A DNA stretch of 64,000 nucleotides, from positions 37,696,001 through 37,760,000 of the forward strand of contig OZ024750.1 of NCBI GenBank assembly GCA_964016885.1, in the 5' to 3' direction. The position numbers were made by a program, and so were the translations under genes. Positions 46,501 to 61,500 of the stretch are shown here, piece by piece. The DNA comes from Eledone cirrhosa. Lineage: Eukaryota. The notes under the pieces were generated by a model. The model made no database searches. It saw only the letters and a list, made by a program, of their open reading frames with translations, and was not told the DNA's origin. The first letter of the stretch is position 1. Every line of letters starts with the position of its first letter.

Positions 46501-49500
46501 ACTGTATGTGATGTACCATGAAGCTATGGCTAACCTGTACACTGTATGTGATGTACCATGAAGCTATGGCTAACCTGTACACTGTATGTGATTTACCATG
46601 AAGTTATAGCTAGCCTGTACACTGTATGTGATGTACTATGAAGCTATGACTAATCTGTACACTGTATGTGATGTACCATGAAGCTATGACTAATCTGTAC
46701 ACTGTATGTGATGTAACATTAAGCTATAGCTAACCTGTACACTGTATGTGATGTACCCTGAAGCTATAGCTAACCTGTACACTGTATGTGATGTACCATG
46801 AAGTTATAGCTAACCTGTACACTGTATGTGATGTACCATGAAGCTATGACTAATCTGTACACTGTATGTGATGTACCATGAAGCTATAGCTAACCCGTAC
46901 ACTGTATGTGATGTACCATGAAGCTATGACTAACCTGTACACTGTATGTGATGTACCATGAAGCTATGACTAACCTGTACACTGTATGTGATGTACCATG
47001 AAGCTATGACTAAACTATACACTGTATGTGATGTACCATGTAGCTATGACTAACCTTTACACTGTATGTGATGTACCATGAAGCTATGGCTAACCTGTAC
47101 ACTGTATGTGATGTATCATGAACCTATGGCTAACCTGTACACTGTATGTGATGTACCATGAAGTTATGACTAACATGTACACTGTATGTGATGAACCATG
47201 AAGCTATGGCTAACCTGTACACTGTATGTGATGTACCATGAAGCTATAGCTAACCTATACACTGTATGTGATGTACCATGAAGCTATGACTAACCTGTAC
47301 ACTGTATGTGATGTACCATGAAGCTATGACTAACCTGTACACTGTATGTGATGTACCATGAAGCTATGGCTAACCTGTACACTGTATGTGATGTACCATG
47401 AAGCTATGACTAACCTGTACACTGTATGTGATGTACCATGAAGCTATGGCTAACCTGTACACTGTATGTGATGTAACATGAAGCTATAGCTAACCTGTAC
47501 ACTGTATGTGATGTACCATGAAACTATGACTAACCTGTACACTGCAAGTGATGTACCATGAAGCTATGGCTAACCTGTACACTGTATGACATGTACCATG
47601 AAGCTATGACTAACCTGTACACTGTATGTGATGTACCATGAAGCTATGACTAACCTGTACACTGTATGTGATGTACCATGAAGCTATGGCTAACCTGTAC
47701 ACTCTATGTGATGTACCATGAAGCTATGGCTAACCTGTACACTGTATGTGATGTACCATGAAGCTATGGCTAACCTGTACACTGTATATGATGTACCATG
47801 AAGCTATGACTAACCTTTACACTGTATGTGATGTACCATGAAGCTATGGCTAACATGTACACTGTATGTGAAGTACCATGAAGCTATGACTAACCTGTAC
47901 ACTGTATGTGATGTACCATGAAGCTATGGCTAACCTGTACACTGTATGTGATGTACCATGAAGCTATGGCTAACCTGTACACTGTATGTGATGTACCATG
48001 AAGCTATGACTAACCTGTACACTGTATGTGATGTACCATGAAGCTATAGATAACCTGTACACTGTATCTGATGTACCATGAAGCTATGGCTAACCTGTAC
48101 ACTGTATGTGATGTACCATGAAGCTATGTCTAACCTGTACACTGTATATGATGTACCATGAAGCTATGACTAACCTGTACACTGAATGTGATGTACCATG
48201 AAGCTATGACTAACATGTACACTGTATGTGATGTACCATGAAGCTATGACTAACCTGTACACTGTATGTGATGTACCATGAAGCTATGCTAACCTGTACA
48301 CTGTATGTGATGTACCATGAAGCTATGGCTAACCTGTACAATGTATGTGATGTACCATGAAGCTATGACTAACCTATACACTGTATGTGATGTACCATGA
48401 AGCTATGACTAACCTGTACACTGTATGTGATGTACCATGAAGCTATGGCTAACCTGTACACTGTATGTGATGTACCAAGAAGCTATGACTAACCTGTACA
48501 CTGTATGTGATGTACCATGAAGCTATGGCTAACCTGTACACTGTATGTGATGTACCATGAAGCTATGGCTAACCTGTACACTGTATGTGATGTACCATGA
48601 AGCTATGGCTAACCTGTACACTGTATGTGATGTACCATGAAGCTATGGCTAACCTGTACACTGTATGTGATGTACCATGAAGCTATGACTAACCTGTACA
48701 CTGTATGTGATGTACCATGAAGCTATAGCTAACCTGTACACTGTATGTGATGTACCATGAAGCTATGGCTAACCTGTACACTGTATGTGATGTACCATGA
48801 AGCCATGACTAACCTGTACACTGTATATGATGTACCATGAAGCTATGACTAACCTTTACACTGTATGTGATGTACCATGAAGCTATGGCTAACATGTACA
48901 CTGTATGTGATGTACCATGAAGCTATGACTAACCTGTACACTGTATGTGATGTACCATGAAGCTATGGCTAACCTGTACACTGTATGTGATGTACCATGA
49001 AGCTATGACTAACCTGTACACTGTATGTGATGTACCATGAAGTTATGACTAACATGTACACTGTATGTGATGTACCATGAAGCTATGACTAACCTGTACA
49101 CTGTATGTGATGTACCATGAATCTATGGCTAACCTGTACACTGTATGTGATGTACCGTGAATCTATGACTAACCTATACACTCTATGTGATGTACCATGA
49201 AGCTATGTCTAACCTGTACACCGTATGTGATGTACCATGAAGCTATGACTAACCTATACACTGTATGTGATGTACCATGAAGCTATGACTAACCTGTACA
49301 CTGTATGTGATGTACCATGAAGCTATGACTAACCTATACACTGTATGTGATGTACCATGCAGCTATGACTAACCTGTACACTGTATGTGATGTACCATGA
49401 AGCTATGGCTAACCTGTACACTGTATGTGATGTACCATGAAGCTATGGCTAACCTGTACACTGTATGTGATGTACCATGAAGTTATAGCTAGCCTGTACA

Positions 49501-52500
49501 CTGTATGTGATGTACTATGAAGCTATGACTAATCTGTACACTGTATGTGATGTACCATGAAGCTATGACTAATCTGTACACTGTATGTGATGTAACATTA
49601 AGCTATAGCTAACCTGTACACTGTATGTGATGTACCCTGAAGCTATGACTAACCTATACACTGTATGTGATGTACCATGAAGCTATAGCTAACCTGTACA
49701 CTGTATGTGATGTACCATGAAGTTATAGCTAACCTGTACACTGTATGTGATGTACCATGAAGCTATGACTAATCTGTACACTGTATGTGATGTATCATGA
49801 AGCTATAGCTAACCCGTACACTGTATGTGATGTACCATGAAGCTATGACTAACCTGTACACTGTATGTGATGTACCATGAAGCTATGACTAACCTGTACA
49901 CTGTATGTGATGTACCATGAAGCTATGACTAAACTATACACTGTATGTGATGTACCATGTAGCTATGACTAACCTTTACACTGTATGTGATGTACCATGA
50001 AGCTATGGCTAACCTGTACACTGTATGTGATGTATCATGAACCTATGGCTAACCTGTACACTGTATGTGATGTACCATGAAGTTATGACTAACATGTACA
50101 CTGTATGTGATGAACCATGAAGCTATGGCTAACCTGTACACTGTATGTGATGTACCATGAAGCTATGGCTAACCTGTACAATGTATGTGATGTACCATGA
50201 AGCTATGACTAACCTACACACTGTATGTGATGTACCATGAAGCTATGACTAACCTGTACACTGTATGTGATGTACCATGAAGCTATAGCTAACCTATACA
50301 CTGTATGTGATGTACCATGAAGCTATGACTAACCTGTACACTGTATGTGATGTACCATGAAGCTATGACTAACCTATACACTGTATGTGATGTACCATGA
50401 AGCTATGACTAACCTGTACACTGTATGTGATGTACCATGAAGCTATGACTAACCTATACACTGTATGTGATGTACCATGCAGCTATGACTAACCTGTACA
50501 CTGTATGTGATGTACCATGAAGCTATGGCTAACCTGTACACTGTATGTGATGTACCATGAAGCTATGGCTAACCTGTACACTGTATGTGATTTACCATGA
50601 AGTTATAGCTAGCCTGTACACTGTATGTGATGTACCATGAAGCTATGACTAATCTGTACACTGTATGTGATGTAACATTAAGCTATAGCTAACCTGTACA
50701 CTGTATGTGATGTACCCTGAAGCTATAGCTAACCTGTACACTGTATGTGATGTACCATGAAGTTATAGCTAACCTGTACACTGTATGTGATGTACCATGA
50801 AGCTATGACTAATCTGTACACTGTATGTGATGTACCATGAAGCTATAGCTAACCCGTACACTGTATGTGATGTACCATGAAGCTATGACTAACCTGTACA
50901 CTGTATGTGATGTACCATGAAGCTATGACTAACCTGTACACTGTATGTGATGTACCATGAAGCTATGACTAAACTATACACTGTATGTGATGTACCATGT
51001 AGCTATGACTAACCTTTACACTGTATGTGATGTACCATGAAGCTATGGCTAACCTGTACACTGTATGTGATGTATCATGAACCTATGGCTAACCTGTACA
51101 CTGTATGTGATGTACCATGAAGTTATGACTAACATGTACACTGTATGTGATGAACCATGAAGCTATGGCTAACCTGTACACTGTATGTGATGTACCATGA
51201 AGCTATAGCTAACCTATACACTGTATGTGATGTACCATGAAGCTATGACTAACCTGTACACTGTATGTGATGTACCATGAAGCTATGACTAACCTGTACA
51301 CTGTATGTGATGTACCATGAAGCTATGGCTAACCTGTACACTGTATGTGATGTACCATGAAGCTATGACTAACCTGTACACTGTATGTGATGTACCATGA
51401 AGCTATGGCTAACCTGTACACTGTATGTGATGTAACATGAAGCTATAGCTAACCTGTACACTGTATGTGATGTACCATGAAACTATGACTAACCTGTACA
51501 CTGCAAGTGATGTACCATGAAGCTATGGCTAACCTGTACACTGTATGACATGTACCATGAAGCTATGACTAACCTGTACACTGTATGTGATGTACCATGA
51601 AGCTATGACTAACCTGTACACTGTATGTGATGTACCATGAAGCTATGGCTAACCTGTACACTCTATGTGATGTACCATGAAGCTATGGCTAACCTGTACA
51701 CTGTATGTGATGTACCATGAAGCTATGGCTAACCTGTACACTGTATATGATGTACCATGAAGCTATGACTAACCTTTACACTGTATGTGATGTACCATGA
51801 AGCTATGGCTAACATGTACACTGTATGTGAAGTACCATGAAGCTATGACTAACCTGTACACTGTATGTGATGTACCATGAAGCTATGGCTAACCTGTACA
51901 CTGTATGTGATGTACCATGAAGCTATGGCTAACCTGTACACTGTATGTGATGTACCATGAAGCTATGACTAACCTGTACACTGTATGTGATGTACCATGA
52001 AGCTATAGATAACCTGTACACTGTATCTGATGTACCATGAAGCTATGGCTAACCTGTACACTGTATGTGATGTACCATGAAGCTATGTCTAACCTGTACA
52101 CTGTATATGATGTACCATGAAGCTATGACTAACCTGTACACTGAATGTGATGTACCATGAAGCTATGACTAACATGTACACTGTATGTGATGTACCATGA
52201 AGCTATGACTAACCTGTACACTGTATGTGATGTACCATGAAGCTATGCTAACCTGTACACTGTATGTGATGTACCATGAAGCTATGGCTAACCTGTACAA
52301 TGTATGTGATGTACCATGAAGCTATGACTAACCTATACACTGTATGTGATGTACCATGAAGCTATGACTAACCTGTACACTGTATGTGATGTACCATGAA
52401 GCTATGGCTAACCTGTACACTGTATGTGATGTACCAAGAAGCTATGACTAACCTGTACACTGTATGTGATGTACCATGAAGCTATGGCTAACCTGTACAC

Positions 52501-55500
52501 TGTATGTGATGTACCATGAAGCTATGGCTAACCTGTACACTGTATGTGATGTACCATGAAGCTATGGCTAACCTGTACACTGTATGTGATGTACCATGAA
52601 GCTATGGCTAACCTGTACACTGTATGTGATGTACCATGAAGCTATGACTAACCTGTACACTGTATGTGATGTACCATGAAGCTATAGCTAACCTGTACAC
52701 TGTATGTGATGTACCATGAAGCTATGGCTAACCTGTACACTGTATGTGATGTACCATGAAGCCATGACTAACCTGTACACTGTATATGATGTACCATGAA
52801 GCTATGACTAACCTTTACACTGTATGTGATGTACCATGAAGCTATGGCTAACATGTACACTGTATGTGATGTACCATGAAGCTATGACTAACCTGTACAC
52901 TGTATGTGATGTACCATGAAGCTATGGCTAACCTGTACACTGTATGTGATGTACCATGAAGCTATGACTAACCTGTACACTGTATGTGATGTACCATGAA
53001 GTTATGACTAACATGTACACTGTATGTGATGTACCATGAAGCTATGACTAACCTGTACACTGTATGTGATGTACCATGAATCTATGGCTAACCTGTACAC
53101 TGTATGTGATGTACCGTGAATCTATGACTAACCTATACACTCTATGTGATGTACCATGAAGCTATGTCTAACCTGTACACCGTATGTGATGTACCATGAA
53201 GCTATGACTAACCTATACACTGTATGTGATGTACCATGAAGCTATGACTAACCTGTACACTGTATGTGATGTACCATGAAGCTATGACTAACCTATACAC
53301 TGTATGTGATGTACCATGCAGCTATGACTAACCTGTACACTGTATGTGATGTACCATGAAGCTATGGCTAACCTGTACACTGTATGTGATGTACCATGAA
53401 GCTATGGCTAACCTGTACACTGTATGTGATGTACCATGAAGTTATAGCTAGCCTGTACACTGTATGTGATGTACTATGAAGCTATGACTAATCTGTACAC
53501 TGTATGTGATGTACCATGAAGCTATGACTAATCTGTACACTGTATGTGATGTAACATTAAGCTATAGCTAACCTGTACACTGTATGTGATGTACCCTGAA
53601 GCTATGACTAACCTATACACTGTATGTGATGTACCATGAAGCTATAGCTAACCTGTACACTGTATGTGATGTACCATGAAGTTATAGCTAACCTGTACAC
53701 TGTATGTGATGTACCATGAAGCTATGACTAATCTGTACACTGTATGTGATGTATCATGAAGCTATAGCTAACCCGTACACTGTATGTGATGTACCATGAA
53801 GCTATGACTAACCTGTACACTGTATGTGATGTACCATGAAGCTATGACTAACCTGTACACTGTATGTGATGTACCATGAAGCTATGACTAAACTATACAC
53901 TGTATGTGATGTACCATGTAGCTATGACTAACCTTTACACTGTATGTGATGTACCATGAAGCTATGGCTAACCTGTACACTGTATGTGATGTATCATGAA
54001 CCTATGGCTAACCTGTACACTGTATGTGATGTACCATGAAGTTATGACTAACATGTACACTGTATGTGATGAACCATGAAGCTATGGCTAACCTGTACAC
54101 TGTATGTGATGTACCATGAAGCTATGGCTAACCTGTACAATGTATGTGATGTACCATGAAGCTATGACTAACCTACACACTGTATGTGATGTACCATGAA
54201 GCTATGACTAACCTGTACACTGTATGTGATGTACCATGAAGCTATAGCTAACCTATACACTGTATGTGATGTACCATGAAGCTATGACTAACCTGTACAC
54301 TGTATGTGATGTACCATGAAGCTATGACTAACCTGTACACTGTATGTGATGTACCATGAAGCTATGGCTAACCTGTACACTGTATGTGATGTACCATGAA
54401 GCTATGACTAACCTGTACACTGTATGTGATGTACCATGAAGCTATGGCTAACCTGTACACTGTATGTGATGTACCATGAAGCTATAGCTAACGTATACAC
54501 TGTATGTGATGTACCATGAAACTATGACTAACCTGTACACTGTATGTGATGTACCATGAAGCTATGGCTAACCTGTACACTGTATGTGATGTAACATGAA
54601 GCTATAGCTAACCTGTACACTGTATGTGATGTACCATGAAACTATGACTAACCTGTACACTGCAAGTGATGTACCATGAAGCTATGGCTAACCTGTACAC
54701 TGTATGTGATGTACCATGAAGCTATGACTAACCTGTACACTGTATGTGATGTACCATGAAGCTATGACTAACCTGTACACTGTATGTGATGTACCATGAA
54801 GCTATGGCTAACCTGTACACTGTATGTGATGTACCATGAAGCTATGGCTAACCTGTACACTGTATGTGATGTACCATGAAGCTATGGCTAACCTGTACAC
54901 TGTATATGATGTACCATGAAGCTATGACTAACCTTTACACTGTATGTGATGTACCATGAAGCTATGGCTAACATGTACACTGTATGTGAAGTACCATGAA
55001 GCTATGACTAACCTGTACACTGTATGTGATGTACCATGAAGCTATGGCTAACCTGTACACTGTATGTGATGTACCATGAAGCTATGGCTAACCTGTACAC
55101 TGTATGTGATGTACCATGAAGCTATGACTAACCTGTACACTGTATGTGATGTACCATGAAGCTATAGCTAACCTGTACACTGTATGTGATGTACCATGAA
55201 GCTATGGCTAACCTGTACACTGTATGTGATGTACCATGAAGCTATGTCTAACCTGTACACTGTATATGATGTACCATGAAGCTATGACTAACCTGTACAC
55301 TGAATGTGATGTACCATGAATCTATGACTAACATGTACACTGTATGTGATGTACCATGAAGCTATGACTAACCTGTACACTGTATGTGATGTACCATGAA
55401 GCTATGCTAACCTGTACACTGTATGTGATGTACCATGAAGCTATGGCTAACCTGTACAATGTATGTGATGTACCATGAAGCTATGACTAACCTATACACT

Positions 55501-58500
55501 GTATGTGATGTACCATGAAGCTATGACTAACCTGTACACTGTATGTGATGTACCATGAAGCTATGGCTAACCTGTACACTGTATGTGATGTACCAAGAAG
55601 CTATGACTAACCTGTACACTGTATGTGATGTACCATGAAGCTATGGCTAACCTGTACACTGTATGTGATGTACCATGAAGCTATGGCTAACCTGTACACT
55701 GTATGTGATGTACCATGAAGCTATGGCTAACCTGTACACTGTATGTGATGTACCATGAAGCTATGGCTAACCTGTACACTGTATGTGATGTACCATGAAG
55801 CTATGACTAACCTGTTCACTGTATGTGATGTACCATGAAGCTATAGCTAACCTGTACACTGTATGTGATGTACCATGAAGCTATGGCTAACCTGTACACT
55901 GTATGTGATGTACCATGAAGCCATGACTAACCTGTACACTGTATATGATGTACCATGAAGCTATGACTAACCTTTACACTGTATGTGATGTACCATGAAG
56001 CTATGGCTAACATGTACACTGTATGTGATGTACCATGAAGCTATGACTAACCTGTACACTGTATGTGATGTAACATGAAGCTATGGCTAACCTGTACACT
56101 GTATGTGATGTACCATGAAGCTATGACTAACCTGTACACTGTATGTGATGTACCATGAAGTTATGACTAACATGTACACTGTATGTGATGTACCATGAAG
56201 CTATGACTAACCTGTACACTGTATGTGATGTACCATGAATCTATGGCTAACCTGTACACTGTATGTGATGTACCGTGAAGCTATGACTAACCTATACACT
56301 CTATGTGATGTACCATGAAGCTATGTCTAACCTGTACACCGTATGTGATGTACCATGAAGCTATGACTAACCTATACACTGTATGTGATGTACCATGAAG
56401 CTATGACTAACCTGTACACTGTATGTGATGTACCATGAAGCTATGACTAACCTATACACTGTATGTGATGTACCATGCAGCTATGACTAACCTGTACACT
56501 GTATGTGATGTACCATGAAGCTATGGCTAACCTGTACACTGTATGTGATGTACCATGAAGCTATGGCTAACCTGTACACTGTATGTGATGTACCATGAAG
56601 TTATAGCTAGCCTGTACACTGTATGTGATGTACTATGAAGCTATGACTAATCTGTACACTGTATGTGATGTACCATGAAGCTATGACTAATCTGTACACT
56701 GTATGTGATGTAACATTAAGCTATAGCTAACCTGTACACTGTATGTGATGTACCCTGAAGCTATGACTAACCTATACACTGTATGTGATGTACCATGAAG
56801 CTATAGCTAACCTGTACACTGTATGTGATGTACCATGAAGTTATAGCTAACCTGTACACTGTATGTGATGTACCATGAAGCTATGACTAATCTGTACACT
56901 GTATGTGATGTACCATGAAGCTATAGCTAACCCGTACACTGTATGTGATGTAGCATGAAGCTATGACTAACCTGTACACTGTATGTGATGTACCATGAAG
57001 CTATGACTAACCTGTACACTGTATGTGATGTACCATGAAGCTATGACTAAACTATACACTGTATGTGATGTACCATGTAGCTATGACTAACCTTTACACT
57101 GTATGTGATGTACCATGAAGCTATGGCTAACCTGTACACTGTATGTGATGTATCATGAACCTATGGCTAACCTGTACACTGTATGTGATGTACCATGAAG
57201 TTATGACTAACATGTACACTGTATGTGATGAACCATGAAGCTATGGCTAACCTGTACACTGTATGTGATGTACCATGAAGCTATAGCTAACCTATACACT
57301 GTATGTGATGTACCATGAAGCTATGACTAACCTGTACACTGTATGTGATGTACCATGAAGCTATGACTAACCTGTACACTGTATGTGATGTACCATGAAG
57401 CTATGGCTAACCTGTACACTGTATGTGATGTACCATGAAGCTATGACTAACCTGTACACTGTATGTGATGTACCATGAAGCTATGGCTAACCTGTACACT
57501 GTATGTGATGTACCATGAAGCTATAGCTAACCTGTACACTGTATGTGATGTACCATGAAGCTATGACTAACCTGTACACTGTATGTGATGTACCATGAAG
57601 CTATGGCTAACCTGTACACTGTATGTGATGTACCATGAAGCTATGACTAACCTGTACACTGTATGTGATGTACCATGAAGCTATGGCTAACCTGTACACT
57701 GTATGTGATGTACCATGAAGCTATGGCTAACCTGTACACTGTATGTGATGTACCATGAAGCTATGACTAACCTGTACACTGTATGTGATGTACCATGAAG
57801 CTATAGATAACCTGTACACTGTATCTGATGTACCATGAAGCTATGGCTAACCTGTACACTGTATGTGATGTACCATGAAGCTATGTCTAACCTGTACACT
57901 GTATATGATGTACCATGAAGCTATGACTAACCTGTACACTGAATGTGATGTACCATGAAGCTATGACTAACATGTACACTGTATGTGATGTACCATGAAG
58001 CTATGACTAACCTGTACACTGTATGTGATGTACCATGAAGCTATGCTAACCTGTACACTGTATGTGATGTACCATGAAGCTATGGCTAACCTGTACAATG
58101 TATGTGATGTACCATGAAGCTATGACTAACCTATACACTGTATGTGATGTACCATGAAGCTATGACTAACCTGTACACTGTATGTGATGTACCATGAAGC
58201 TATGGCTAACCTGTACACTGTATGTGATGTACCAAGAAGCTATGACTAACCTGTACACTGTATGTGATGTACCATGAAGCTATGGCTAACCTGTACACTG
58301 CATGTGATGTACCATGAAGCTATGGCTAACCTGTACACTGTATGTGATGTACCATGAAGCTATGGCTAACCTGTACACTGTATGTGATGTACCATGAAGC
58401 TATGGCTAACCTGTACACTGTATGTGATGTACCATGAAGCTATGACTAACCTGTACACTGTATGTGATGTACCATGAAGCTATAGCTAACCTGTACACTG

Positions 58501-61500
58501 TATGTGATGTACCATGAAGCTATGGCTAACCTGTACACTGTATGTGATGTACCATGAAGCCATGACTAACCTGTACACTGTATATGATGTACCATGAAGC
58601 TATGACTAACCTTTACACTGTATGTGATGTACCATGAAGCTATGGCTAACATGTACACTGTATGTGATGTACCATGAATCTATGACTAACCTGTACACTG
58701 TATGTGATGTACCATGAAGCTATGGCTAACCTGTACACTGTATGTGATGTACCATGAAGCTATGACTAACCTGTACACTGTATGTGATGTACCATGAAGT
58801 TATGACTAACATGTACACTGTATGTGATGTACCATGAAGCTATGACTAACCTGTACACTGTATGTGATGTACCATGAATCTATGGCTAACCTGTACACTG
58901 TATGTGATGTACCGTGAAGCTATGACTAACCTATACACTCTATGTGATGTACCATGAAGCTATGTCTAACCTGTACACTGTATGTGATGTACCATGAAGC
59001 TATGACTAACCTATACACTGTATGTGATGTACCATGAAGCTATGACTAACCTGTACACTGTATGTGATGTACCATGAAGCTATGACTAACCTATACACTG
59101 TATGTGATGTACCATGCAGCTATGACTAACCTGTACACTGTATGTGATGTACCATGAAGCTATGGCTAACCTGTACACTGTATGTGATGTACCATGAAGC
59201 TATGGCTAACCTGTACACTGTATGTGATGTACCATGAAGTTATAGCTAGCCTGTACACTGTATGTGATGTACTATGAAGCTATGACTAATCTGTACACTG
59301 TATGTGATGTACCATGAAGCTATGACTAATCTGTACACTGTATGTGATGTAACATTAAGCTATAGCTAACCTGTACACTGTATGTGATGTACCCTGAAGC
59401 TATGACTAACCTATACACTGTATGTGATGTACCATGAAGCTATAGCTAACCTGTACACTGTATGTGATGTACCATGAAGTTATAGCTAACCTGTACACTG
59501 TATGTGATGTACCATGAAGCTATGACTAATCTGTACACTGTATGTGATGTATCATGAAGCTATAGCTAACCCGTACACTGTATGTGATGTACCATGAAGC
59601 TATGACTAACCTGTACACTGTATGTGATGTACCATGAAGCTATGACTAACCTGTACACTGTATGTGATGTACCATGTAGCTATGACTAACCTTTACACTG
59701 TATGTGATGTACCATGAAGCTATGGCTAACCTGTACACTGTATGTGATGTATCATGAACCTATGGCTAACCTGTACACTGTATGTGATGTACCATGAAGT
59801 TATGACTAACATGTACACTGTATGTGATGAACCATGAAGCTATGGCTAACCTGTACACTGTATGTGATGTACCATGAAGCTATGGCTAACCTGTACAATG
59901 TATGTGATGTACCATGAAGCTATGACTAACCTATACACTGTATGTGATGTACCATGAAGCTATGACTAACCTGTACACTGTATGTGATGTACCATGAAGC
60001 TATAGCTAACCTATACACTGTATGTGATGTACCATGAAGCTATGACTAACCTGTACACTGTATGTGATGTACCATGAAGCTATGACTAACCTGTACACTG
60101 TATGTGATGTACCATGAAGCTATGGCTAACCTGTACACTGTATGTGATGTACCATGAAGCTATGACTAACCTGTACACTGTATGTGATGTACCATGAAGC
60201 TATGGCTAACCTGTACACTGTATGTGATGTACCATGAAGCTATAGCTAACCTATACACTGTATGTGATGTACCATGAAACAATGACTAACCTGTACACTG
60301 TATGTGATGTACCATGAAGCTATGGCTAACCTGTACACTGTATGTGATGTAACATGAAGCTATAGCTAACCTGTACACTGTATGTGATGTACCATGAAAC
60401 TATGACTAACCTGTACACTGCAAGTGATGTACCATGAAGCTATGGCTAACCTGTACACTGTATGTGATGTACCATGAAGCTATGACTAACCTGTACACTG
60501 TATGTGATGTACCATGAAGCTATGACTAACCTGTACACTGTATGTGATGTACCATGAAGCTATGGCTAACCTGTACACTGTATGTGATGTACCATGAAGC
60601 TATGGCTAACCTGTACACTGTATGTGATGTACCATGAAGCTATGGCTAACCTGTACACTGTATATGATGTACCATGAAGCTATGACTAACCTTTACACTG
60701 TATGTGATGTACCATGAAGCTATGGCTAACATGTACACTGTATGTGAAGTACCATGAAGCTATGACTAACCTGTACACTGTATGTGATGTACCATGAAGC
60801 TATGGCTAACCTGTACACTGTATGTGATGTACCATGAAGCTATGACTAACCTGTACACTGTATGTGATGTACCATGAAGCTATGGCTAACCTGTACACTG
60901 TATGTGATGTACCATGAAGCTATAGCTAACCTATACACTGTATGTGATGTACCATGAAACAATGACTAACCTGTACACTGTATGTGATGTACCATGAAGC
61001 TATGGCTAACCTGTACACTGTATGTGATGTAACATGAAGCTATAGCTAACCTGTACACTGTATGTGATGTACCATGAAACTATGACTAACCTGTACACTG
61101 CAAGTGATGTACCATGAAGCTATGGCTAACCTGTACACTGTATGTGATGTACCATGAAGCTATGACTAACCTGTACACTGTATGTGATGTACCATGAAGC
61201 TATGACTAACCTGTACACTGTATGTGATGTACCATGAAGCTATGGCTAACCTGTACACTGTATGTGATGTACCATGAAGCTATGGCTAACCTGTACACTG
61301 TATGTGATGTACCATGAAGCTATGGCTAACCTGTACACTGTATATGATGTACCATGAAGCTATGACTAACCTTTACACTGTATGTGATGTACCATGAAGC
61401 TATGGCTAACATGTACACTGTATGTGAAGTACCATGAAGCTATGACTAACCTGTACACTGTATGTGATGTACCATGAAGCTATGGCTAACCTGTACACTG

